DNA of 64,000 nucleotides from an uncultured Acidimicrobiia bacterium. Its GTDB lineage: Bacteria > Actinomycetota > Acidimicrobiia > Spongiisociales > ZC4RG35. Shown here in pieces: positions 11,046 to 20,154 of this stretch (the first letter of the stretch is position 1; each line of letters begins with the position of its first letter). The translations under genes and the position numbers were made by a program. The stretch is from positions 9,288 to 73,287 of the forward strand of contig CAWIXU010000004.1 in the NCBI GenBank assembly GCA_963840175.1, given 5' to 3'. The notes beneath the pieces were generated by a model. The model saw nothing but the letters and a program-made list of their open reading frames with translations, ran no database searches and had not been told where the DNA came from.

Positions 11046-11450
11046 CATCCACTCGATATGCGCTCGCCGCAATGCCGGCGACATTCTCTTGATGGCCCCG
11101 TCATCGAGGGGTTGAATTCGGTCCCGAGCGATGATCACGTTCCCGTCGAGGTGAACGAGCCCGGCTGATAGCAAAGTCGAGAGGTGCAAGGGCCGCCGTA
11201 GGGAGTTGCCGCGGAAACCTGCTTGCACGATGCGCAACAGGTCAGCGATCGCTTCTACGCCCAGAACTGCGGACCAAAATCTCCGGACGTACAGATCGGT
11301 TGGGGCGAACCCGGACTCGCTTTTCATGATGGAGACGAGATAGAGCGGACGGCGGGCGACTGTCGGTCGGAGCGCCTCGTCCGGAAGCGGTGCGGCCAAT
11401 GTTGCATAGGGAGGACATGGCAACGGCTTCCGGGACGAGACACTCCTCAC
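10878..11450 (-). CDS. Hypothetical protein (small helical, possibly winged-helix-like)
   Basis: 190-aa ORF; internal start MKSESGF (11327) is more plausible. APTDLYVRRFWSAVLGVEAIADLLRIV..RRPLHLSTLLSAGLVHLDGNVIIARDRI. 3' end overlaps the preceding gene, so the true stop is uncertain. Confidence 0.3.
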   Translation of the reverse strand: MRSVSSRKPLPCPPYATLAAPLPDEALRPTVARRPLYLVSIMKSESGFAPTDLYVRRFWSAVLGVEAIADLLRIVQAGFRGNSLRRPLHLSTLLSAGLVHLDGNVIIARDRIQPLDDGAIKRMSPALRRAHIEWMSTRTENAPSRQSQGEQPPPARKPTATRTSGGPFQKRHRPQPDDEAADPRAGQLAG

Positions 11451-11561
11451 GCTTACGAAGTATCAAGAACCGTTAACTACCGTCAAGTCCCTTAGAAACC
11501 TTCTTTTCGCGACTTCTGGATGCTTCAGCTTCTCCCCGGAGCGGGGATAGCGCGCGATCGC

Positions 11562-12126
11562 GTTTTCTTCCCCCGGAGGGGGGAGTACCCGAGCGAAGCG
11601 AGGGGGTAGGGGGCGTTTTCTCGAGACCCAGGAGCTCAACCCTCTTCTATTCCCCTCGAAAAGGAACTACTCGTTCAACATGGCCCGACCCCGTCACACC
11701 GACCTCGCCGCGAACGAGAGCACGGGAGCTTCAGAAACGGGATGACCGTCTCAGAGGCGCGGGTGTGGCAGGTGATCCGCGGCGGACAATGCGGCGCCCG
11801 GTTCCGTCGGCAGGTTCCGATCGGACGGTGGATCGTCGACTTCGCCAGTCTGCAAGCCACGACTGGTGCTCGAAATCGATGACGAGTCACACGACTGGCG
11901 TGACGAAACGGAACGCATCGAGTACATCGAAGCGGAGGGTTTTCCGATTTTGCGGCTGACAAACAAATACGTCGCCGAGGACCTCGGCGCCGTTCAGCGA
12001 ACGGTGAGCTTGTGGGTGGCGGAGCTCAAGGCAGGGCGAAGGCCGGAGTAGGGATCGCGTCTGGAGAGAACGCCCCCCTCGTCTGCCTCCTTCGTCGGCA
12101 GACACTCCCCCCTCCGGGGGAGAAAC
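11562..12126 (+). mobile_element. DUF559-nuclease cassette copy 1, bounded by ~60-bp imperfect terminal inverted repeats
   Basis: Left terminus 11562-11622 GTTTTCTTCCCCCGGAGGGGGGAGTACCCGAGCGAAGCGAGGGGGTAGGGGGCGTTTTCTC. Right terminus 12064-12126 GAGAGAACGCCCCCCTCGTCTGCCTCCTTCGTCGGCAGACACTCCCCCCTCCGGGGGAGAAAC. Homologous end-to-end with 41552-42118. Degenerate solo termini at 11530-11550 and 12132-12153. Confidence 0.6.
11680..12051 (+). CDS. DUF559 (Vsr-like PD-(D/E)XK) endonuclease-domain protein, copy 1, two frame changes
   Basis: ATG 11680 MARPRHTDLAA.. Then MTVSEARVWQVIRGGQCGARFRRQVPIGRWIVDFAS.., then ..LEIDDESHDWRDETERIEYIEAEGFPILRLTNKYVAEDLGAVQRTVSLWVAELKAGRRPE (ORF 11866-12051). Paralog of the intact ORF 41675-42043. 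Confidence 0.75.
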
Positions 12127-12175
12127 GGGAGATCCCCTCCGGGGGGAGAAATTCAGGTCTGGGGATGAAACGGAT

Positions 12176-14752
12176 TTAGCCCGAGGGTGGCGCAGGGGCG
12201 GCGGCCTGGCCGACGGTGATGTACACCGGGCTCTTGTACGTCATCGCCGTTCCCGGCCCGGGGGTCTGAGCGAGAACGACATCGACCTGGGCGGGGTCGG
12301 TGACCGGCACGTAGGTCGCGTACACGTCGACCCAGGTCCCAGTTGAGTAGATGAATCGGTTGATCGTTCGGTAGGCCTCGCTGATCGGTAGGCCGATCAC
12401 ACTCGGCAACGCGCCGCCAGGGACCTGGCCGTTCGAGACATATATACGAATCGGAAGCCCGGCTTCGACTTCGGCTCCCGAACCGAGCGACTGGAAAACG
12501 ACGGTGCCCGCGGCCTGCAGCGAGGGAATCGGGGTTCACGTTGGGGATGAGTTTGGCCTCGGTCGCCAACGACACTGCCTCGGCTTCGGTCTTGCCGATG
12601 AGATAGGGAACGATGGTGGTCGGGGGCTTGAGGAACGGCTGGAGCTCCTCTTCGGTCAGGCGTGGAAAGTCGAGTGCTTCGACATCGGTCAGCACCATCC
12701 GCATGAACTCGGCCCAGATCGGAGCCGGGACCGAACCACCGAAGACCCGTTCGTAATACTCACCGTGGATGCGAACGTTGCGCAGGGGAACCTGATCTCG
12801 CTCGTACCCCACCCAGACCGCAGTCGTGTACTGCGGAACGAAACCGACGTACCAGGCGTCGCGATAGTCCTGGTGGGTGCCGGTCTTTCCACCCTGGGGC
12901 CGACCGATGGCGGCTCGCTCGGCCGTTCCTTCCGCGGTCGGCACTTCGAGCAGCGGGATTCGCGCTGCCTCGGCGATCGGCGCGGCGATCACCTGCTGCT
13001 GCTCGACCTGGTGCTGGTAGAGCACCTGGCCGTCCTCGTCGAGGATGCGGTCGATCAGATAGGGCTCGGCGTAGAGGCCGTTGGTGGCGAAGGACGAATA
13101 GGCGGAAGCCATCTCCAAGGTCGAAACTGCACCGGTCCCCAGCACGATCGAAGGCACCGGCTGGCAGCGGTGAGGTGATCCCCATTCGGTGCGCGGTCTC
13201 CACTACCTTCTCCGGCCCTACCTGCAAGGAGAGCTGGGCGTAGATCACATTGATCGATCGAGAGGTGGCTTCCTGGAGGGTGATGCGGCCGGCGCTGGCC
13301 CCGGCATTCGACACGGTCCACTTGTTGGGATCGGGCCCATCCGAGCAGATCGTCGGGCAGGTCAGGATGCGAGGGCTCGACCCGTCATATGTGTTGCCGA
13401 GCGTGATGCCGTTCTCGAGCGCCGCGACCAGACCAAACGGCTTGAACGCCGAACCGGGGTTACGTCGACCCTGGACGGCGAGGTCGAACTGGCTCTGTTC
13501 GAAGGGGAGCCCCGAAGCCATCACCTCGACCGCCCCGGTCTGGTTGTTGACCATCGTCAAAGCTCCAGTTGGTGAGCAAGAGTTGGCCTCGGCGTACGAG
13601 GTCAGGTTCTCGATCGGCTCGCTGGGAAAGATTCTCGTGCAGAGTTGCAGGTTCTCTTCGTAGGAATAGAAGGGGAGCCACTCGAGCAGCATCGCATTCG
13701 CCGCTTGCTGCAAATTGAGATCGATGGTCGTTTCGATGGTCAGGCCCCCGCCACCGACGCAGTTGACATCGTCGGATGGGCAACCGAAGACCGAGATGGC
13801 GCGCTCCTCCAGGGTCTGGCCGAGAAAATCGAACTCGTGACGCGAGAGGTCGGACAGCTGCCGCATCACCTCGGTGCGCACGTGTTCCGCCTCGCCGCGG
13901 AACTCGATGTGCTCGAGCACCCCAAGGGGTCTTGACTTGGCGATCTCCGCCTGAGATTCAGTGGTCCAGTCCTGTTCGAGCATGAGGTCGATGACGTCGT
14001 TGCGCCGATCGAGAACTACCTCTGGATTGTCGCCGAGGGTCGTAGAGCGAAGGGTTGCGGATGAGCACCGCGAGGGTGGCGGCCTGATCCAGGGTCAGCT
14101 CGGACATCTCGCGGTGGAAGAACTCACGGGCCGCGGTCTTGACCCCGTAGGCGCCGGCACCGAAGTAGACCGAGTTCATGTAGAACTCGAGGATCTTGTC
14201 CTTCGAGTGGCGACGCTCGAGCTCGGCGGCGATAAACGCCTCTTTGATCTTCCGCTCGATCGTGACCTCGTCGCCGACGAAGACGTTTTTCACGACCTGC
14301 TGGGTGATGGTCGAACCGCCGCGGGTGTTGCCGCTGCGGAAGTTGTCGAGGGCAGCCGAGGCGATGGCCGGGAACGAGACGCCCTGATGGTCGTAGAAGC
14401 CTTTGTCCTCCGCCGCCAGGATCGCGTGTTGAAGGAGCAACGGCACCTCGTCGATCGGGGCCGGCTCGGAGTTGCGCCCGTCGTGGAGCTCGCCGATGAT
14501 TTCTCCGCTTGCCCATATCCGCGACACCCGTGACAGGTCGGGGAGGGTCAGAGTCAACGTCTCGACTTCAGGGACGTACTCGGCTCTTACCTTGTCGATG
14601 GCGGCATAGGCGGAGTTGGCGCCGAGGAAAGTGAAGAGGCCAACCCAGGTGCTGCCCAGGAGCGCGATCGACAGCAGTCCCGCCAGAGCCGGGAACCAGC
14701 GGCCACGACGCTCGCGCGCTTCCAGTTGGTGGATGAGGGATCGATTGGCCAT
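12176..14752 (-). CDS. ponA: Class A penicillin-binding protein (PBP1A: transglycosylase + transpeptidase + 2 PASTA-like repeats), frameshifted
   Basis: GT51 motifs AILAAEDKGFYDHQGV and RGGSTITQQVVKN. Transpeptidase motifs GSAFKPF (SxxK), VSNAG (SxN) and GGKTGTHQD (KTG). C-terminal VPYLIGKTEAEAVSLATEAKL and MPSVIGLPISEAYRTI. ORFs 13958-14752, 12760-13983, 12153-13157, 12176-12409. Confidence 0.85.
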
Positions 14753-14826
14753 AAATCAACCGGAGCCAAAGTCGAATGGATAGTCCCCGGTAGCATCAAA
14801 GGTTACCTCTCGACGTCAGGTATTCC

Positions 14827-16377
14827 TTGCGCACTCCCAGCGGAATCGAAATCGAGGTTGTCTACGACCAACCCGCCGATCCCGACAAAATCGGCAGTCC
14901 GGGTGAGTATCCGTTCACCCGCGGCCCTCATCCCACGATGTATCGCGGACGGCTCTGGACGATGCGTCAGTACGCCGGCTACGGCACCGCCGACGCCACC
15001 AATCGCCGGTTTCGTGAGCTCCTCGCCGCCGGGCAGACCGGCCTATCGACTGCCTTCGACCTGCCGACGCAGATGGGACTCGACAGCGACCACCCGTTGG
15101 CCGAGGGAGAGGTCGGCAAGGTCGGAGTGGCGATCGACACCCTCGACGACATGCGCCGTCTCTTTCGGGAGATCCCTCTCTCCGAGGTGTCCACCTCGAT
15201 GACGATCAACGCCACGGCTCCGATCCTGCTCCTGCTCTATCAGCTGGTGGCGGAGGAGCAAGGCGTCGATGGCAAGGAAATCCGGGGCACCGTGCAGAAC
15301 GACATCCTCAAGGAGTACGTCGCCCGCGGCACCTACATCTACCCGCCGGGGCCGTCGATGCGGATCGTCACCGACGTCTTCTCGTACGCGGCCAAGGAGC
15401 TCCCGGCCTTCAACCCGATTTCGATCTCCGGCTATCACATCCGCGAAGCCGGCTCCACCGCCGCCCAGGAACTCGCGTTCACGATCGCCCATGGCCTCGC
15501 CTACGTGGATGCCGCCCTGAAAGCCGGCCTCGACATCGACGACTTTGCTCCCCGGCTCTCATTCTTCTGGAACAGCCACAACCTCTTCTTCGAGGAGGTA
15601 GCCAAGTTCCGTGCAGCCCGCCGATTGTGGGCCGACCTGATGCGGAATCGCTTCGGAGCCAAAGACGAGCGGTCGTGGGCGATGCGGTTCCACACCCAGA
15701 CCGCCGGTTCGACTCTGACCGCGCAGCAGACCGGAAACAACGTGGTGCGCACGACCGTCCAGGCCATGGCCGCCATCCTCGGAGGGACGCAATCGCTGCA
15801 CACCAACTCTTTCGACGAGGCCGTTGGACTGCCGACCGACGAATCGGCCCGTCTCGCCTTGCGGACCCAGCAGGTACTCGCCCACGAATCCGGCCTCGCG
15901 GATGACAGTCGATCCGCTGGCCGGCTCCTACTTCGTCGAGGAGCTCACCAACCAGCTCGAAGCCTCGGCCCGCTCACTGCTCGACGCAGATCGAAAGGAT
16001 GGGGGGCGCGGTGGCGGCAATCGAGAGCGGGGTGGACGCAACGTCAGATCGAAGAGGCGGCCTACGAAGAGGCCCGTCGCCAGGAGTCAGGCGAATCGAT
16101 CGTGCTCGGGGTGAACCGATATGTAGTCGGCGATGAGGCTGAGATTCCGGCGTTGAGAATCGACCCTGAGCTGGAGCGCGAGCAAAAGGCGCGCCTCGGC
16201 CAATGGAAGGCAGAGCGCTCGGCAACTGAAGTCGAATCCGCCCTCGACGCCGTCACCATCGCAGCCGGAGACGGGACCAATTTGCTTTATCCCATGAAGG
16301 AAGCGCTTGTCGCCGGTGCAACCTTGGGCGAGTGTTCCGAGGCGATGCGGGCCGTGTTCGGGAGCCACCGACCGTGA
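14827..16377 (+). CDS. Methylmalonyl-CoA mutase-family catalytic subunit (no B12-binding domain in this ORF); contains a hidden out-of-frame segment
   Basis: PGEYPFTRGPHPTMYRGRLWTMRQYAGYGTA, TGLSTAFDLPTQMG, NDILKEYVARGTYIYPP, ISISGYHIREAG. The conserved VDPLAGSYFVEELTNQLEASA lies in another frame (ORF 15824-16114) between ~15.90 and ~16.03 kb. Confidence 0.85.
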   Translation: MRTPSGIEIEVVYDQPADPDKIGSPGEYPFTRGPHPTMYRGRLWTMRQYAGYGTADATNRRFRELLAAGQTGLSTAFDLPTQMGLDSDHPLAEGEVGKVGVAIDTLDDMRRLFREIPLSEVSTSMTINATAPILLLLYQLVAEEQGVDGKEIRGTVQNDILKEYVARGTYIYPPGPSMRIVTDVFSYAAKELPAFNPISISGYHIREAGSTAAQELAFTIAHGLAYVDAALKAGLDIDDFAPRLSFFWNSHNLFFEEVAKFRAARRLWADLMRNRFGAKDERSWAMRFHTQTAGSTLTAQQTGNNVVRTTVQAMAAILGGTQSLHTNSFDEAVGLPTDESARLALRTQQVLAHESGLADDSRSAGRLLLRRGAHQPARSLGPLTARRRSKGWGARWRQSRAGWTQRQIEEAAYEEARRQESGESIVLGVNRYVVGDEAEIPALRIDPELEREQKARLGQWKAERSATEVESALDAVTIAAGDGTNLLYPMKEALVAGATLGECSEAMRAVFGSHRP

Positions 16378-17744
16378 CCACCGACCCCAAGCGAACCCGC
16401 TTTCTGATTATCGGCGCCGGCCCGGCCGGCACCGCCGCCGCCACCAACGCGGCCGCGCTAGGCGCAAAGGTCACTCTGGTCGAGGACCAGATCGTCGGTG
16501 GCGCGGCCCATCTTTGGGATTGCATTCCCTCCAAGACCATGATCGCCACCGCCGTGCGGATCGACTCGATGCGCAACGCCCCCCGGCTCGGGGTGACCGC
16601 CGCGCCCGGGCAGCGTCGACAGCGCCCAACTAGCCGAGCGAATCTCCATCATCTCCGGCGACATCAACCGCAGCTGGGTCGACCTCCTCAGCAGCCAGGC
16701 GGTCGAGATCATCAACGGGAAGGCCCGGCTGACCGGTCCAATCAGGCGATCGTCGAGGGAGATGACGGCGAACAGCACCGATCGAGCTTTGACGTCTGCC
16801 TGCTCTCGACCGGCTCGGCTCCCGCGTGTCCCGGCCTGGGCAGTCATCGACGGAGAACGAATCCTGACGACTCGCGACGCCTACGACCTCGAGCGAGGTG
16901 CCCGAACAGTTGATCGTGATCGGTTCGGGGGTCACCGGAGTCGAGTTCGTGCACATCTTCGAGTCGCTCGGTTCGGACGTCACCCTGGTGGTCAGCCGTC
17001 AGCAGATCCTTCCCCACCGCGATCCCGAGGTCGCAGCGGTGCTGGAAGAGAACTTCCTCGAAAGCGGGAGTGCGTCTGGTCATCGGCGCTCGCGCGATCG
17101 GGATTGATCGAACCGAAGACGGAGTCAGGGTTCGCTGCGACGACGGGCGGGTGGTCGAAGGCACCCACGCCTTGCTGGCGATCGGCTCGGTCCCGAACAC
17201 CGACTGATCTCGGACTGGGCGAGCTCGGCATCAAGGAGAGCGGCGGTTTCATCCAGGTCGACGAGCATCAGCGGACCTCGGTTCCCCACATCTATGCCGC
17301 AGGAGACTGCACCGGCCAGTTGCTGCTTTCCTCGGTGGCTGCAGTGCAGGGCCGGAAGATCGCCCGTCACGCGATGGGCTTGCCGGTCACACCGATCGAC
17401 TACTCCAAGGTGAGCCAGGCGATTTTCACTGAGCCCGAGATCGCCTCGGTCGGCCTTGAGGAGGCCGAGCTGGCCGCGGGAGGTCGCAAGGTGCGCACAA
17501 CCAAAGTGCCCTTTGCCGCCAACGCTCGGGCGGTGCTGCAAGGAAATCCCCGCGGCTTCGTCAAAGTCATGTCGGATCCCGCCACCGGAGTCGTCCTGGG
17601 CGGGAGCATCGTCGGCCACCGCGCCTCGGAGCTGATCGGGATCATGGCCCTCGCGGTCAAAGCGCGGGTCACGGTCAACGTCCTCGTCGACACCCTGATG
17701 GTGCACCCCTCCTCTCGGAAGCGATCAGCGAAGCAGCGGAGTGA
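16374..17744 (+). CDS. lpdA: LpdA-like flavoprotein (NAD(P)H-quinone / pyridine-nucleotide-disulfide oxidoreductase family), frameshifted
   Basis: GTG 16374 overlaps the mutase stop (GTGA). FLIIGAGPAGTAAATNAAALGAKVTLVE..GGAAHLWDCIPSK. Second Rossmann LIVIGSGVTGVEFVHIF (ORF 16898-17107). IYAAGDCTG. The restored C-terminus MVHPSLSEAISEAAE* ends at TGA 17742-17744. Confidence 0.75.
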
Positions 17745-17772
17745 GACGTCAGATCAGACGTCAGACATCAGA
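17743..17772. repeat. Left arm of split CAGACATCAGA-type hairpin element
   Basis: GAGACGTCAGATCAGACGTCAGACATCAGA. Near-identical to the left arm of the intact hairpin at 45427-45459 and complementary to 18622-18654. Confidence 0.8.
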
Positions 17773-18656
17773 ATGTCGTTGTAGCCAACGTTCGTGAACT
17801 GCCGACACACGGTTCCAGAGCGCATCTACGGCGCTCGGAGGTCCGTCGGGGCGAATGGCGAAGACATCTGCCAAGGCGGCGAACCAGTCGCCCGGATTAT
17901 CCAGCGTGGTTGAAGTCGACTCGTGCTCTCGACGTCGGGTGAGGACGCATCCCCGGAGAATGTCGGTCCCGTTCTCGAGTCGAAGCTGGGCGGTGACGAC
18001 TCCGGCAAAGCTCGATTCGGGGGACGTCGACAGGTGCTTGTGCCGTTCGCCGACACGCGTCCATCTCCACCTGGCCTGTCCGAAAGCTCATGCCCGAGAA
18101 GGAGCCGGTGGAATCGTGGGTGAAGTGCCAATCGCCAACCCCATCATCGGTCTCCTCGAAGCGAAAGGTCATTGGGTTCTGGGCATAAGTGCCCGAGATC
18201 ATTGGAAGCGGGTCGTATAGCCCGTCGCCAAGTCCCGCGTCCACCCACCAATCTCCATTCGGGTTCTCAGCCGTTGGGAGGTCATGGGCAACAAGCACCA
18301 GGTGATTCGACAACCACTTGACGTCGGGACCCTCGGGTCCATGTACGCCGCCGATGTGGCGGGTCACGTGATAGCCCAGCGAACCCAACACGAGGGATAA
18401 GGCTCCGTTCATCTGATAGCAGTAGCCGCCGCGGCTGTGGTTGGCGATTCGGTCCAGCGAGGCGGTCGGGTCGATGCTCCAGTTCTCGGACATATGAATC
18501 CACACGGATTCGTAAGGCACCCGTTCGACCCAAGCCCGATGGAGCCGGCTGCAGTGCCTCCGCGGAGGGAGGCTCCACCTCGACCCCGATGCGTCCTAGC
18601 GCCCGAACGACGTCCGGCTCTATCTGATGTCTGAAATCTGATGTCTGATGTCTCAC
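17761..18656 (-). CDS. Arylamine N-acetyltransferase (NAT family), two frame changes; both termini lie inside the inverted-repeat arms
   Basis: RGGYCYQMNGALSLVLGSLGY (catalytic Cys motif) in ORF 17897-18520. N-terminus ..VVRALGRIGVEVEPPSAEALQ then RLHRAWVERVPYESVWIHM. C-terminus in a third frame: ERHKHLSTSPESSFAGVVTAQLRLENGTDILRGCVL..ALWNRVSAVHERWLQRHSDV*. The only in-frame start candidate is GTG 18656-18654, overlapping the upstream TGA. Confidence 0.75.
18622..18654. repeat. Right arm of split CAGACATCAGA-type hairpin element
   Basis: ATCTGATGTCTGAAATCTGATGTCTGATGTCTC. Near-identical to 45470-45502, the right arm of the intact hairpin. Confidence 0.8.
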
Positions 18657-20154
18657 TGGTAGCTCACGTATACCGGTACGGGGTCGAGGGCTAGCACCTC
18701 CGCTGGAGTGGCTCCTCCCCGAGGGGTGTCTTCGTCGTAGAAGTTCTTCCAGCCCCAGAGGAAATTGTCGCCGTTTGCGGTTAGCGCGTCCCACGTGTCG
18801 TATTTGGTGCCGAGCGGTCCCTGTCCGTCCATCTGGATTACAGTCGCCAGCTCAGGATGAGTGACGATCTGGTCGCGGTTCTCGATCATGTCGAGACGGA
18901 ACTGATGGAGCAGGAAGAACTTCTGCGGGCAGCTTGTTCTCGCGGACGAGAGCGGCGAGCCACTCGGAAACCTGGTTGACCTCGGCGGCGTCGACCGATC
19001 CGATTTGGCGGAGATGGACCTGGTCGGGTTCCAGCCGCCACTCCGGGTCGAGGGCGAGACCGACGTGAGGCAAGCCGAGAAATTCTTCGTACGGCCTTGG
19101 CCTGGGTGAGGAAATCGGTGCGACCTGGTTGCAGATCGAGGATCACGTACACATCGTTGGCGGCGGCAACCTCGATCCACGGTCGGATGACGTCGAGGCT
19201 CATCTCTTCGGAGTAGTTGTTGTCGTCGCCCGGGAAGGCGGACGCGACGGTGGCGATGATTTCGAAGCCCAAGACGACTGGAGTCCCGTCGGCGTCATAG
19301 CCGGCGGCGATCTCAGCCGCCCTCGCGACGGCTTCCTCGGGACCCTGCTCGCCGAGGACCCCAAGCGCCGACGTGGTCGGGTTGCCATAGAGCGCCACCA
19401 ACCTTCGACCCGGGAACAGCTTGAGCCCGCCACCGGGGAGCTCTGGGGCGTTGACGAGCGCGCCGCTTTGCCATTCGATGAGCTCGGGATCAAAGCCCCC
19501 GGCGACGAACATCTCCTGCGCGGGGGTCGATCTCACCGACTCGAGCAACGCCTGGTCGCCGAGCATGTTGTGTGGATCGGCAAGGACGACCCGGTCACCC
19601 CGTAAGCCGGCGAGAGCGGTCACGGGAGCGACGAGGTCGGACCTGGTGGCGTCCGCCAGCCAGATATTTTCGCCTTCTGTGTCATCGGTTGGGTTTCTGC
19701 CGGCGGCCGCGATGGCTTCCTGTAGAGCGATCGAGTTGCTGGGAATTCCGGCCACCCCACTAGGGAGGGCGCCCCCAACGACCGAGATCGAGTGTGGTGC
19801 GAGGCGGCGTAGCTCATCTACGACCTCGGCGTCAGTCCCTGCGACCAAAAGCGGTGCCTTGATGGAGGCGGCGTAAGCGCCTGCTGCCTCGAGTTCCGGC
19901 GTCGAACCGCTCGCCACCACGACGTGGTCGGCGCACGCCAGGGTGGCCTTGGAGAGGGCGATCGAGAGCTCGACGGGGTCGGTGCTGGTGAAGATCTGCT
20001 GATCGGGTGCGATTCGACATTCCCGGGCCGTGGTTGTGGTTATCGCCTCAGTCGTGGTCGTCGCCGACGGTATTGACGAAGGCGTGCTCGTGCCACCGGC
20101 CGAAGTGCATGAAGCCAACACCAGCCAGACAATCACGGCCGATTTTTGGTTCAA
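18653..20154 (-). CDS. Secreted lipoprotein of unknown function (conserved block; glycoside-hydrolase-like fold only suspected), frameshifted
   Basis: TTG 20154 overlaps the accA stop (TTGA). [21 protein letters not shown] is lipobox-like, followed by a Thr-rich linker. Conserved C-terminal blocks: LVALYGNP..GFEIIATVASAFPGDDNNYS..VYVILDLQPGRTDFL, GLALDPEWRL, LLHQF..MDGQG. ORFs 18886-20343, 18852-19073, 18653-19180. Confidence 0.4.
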
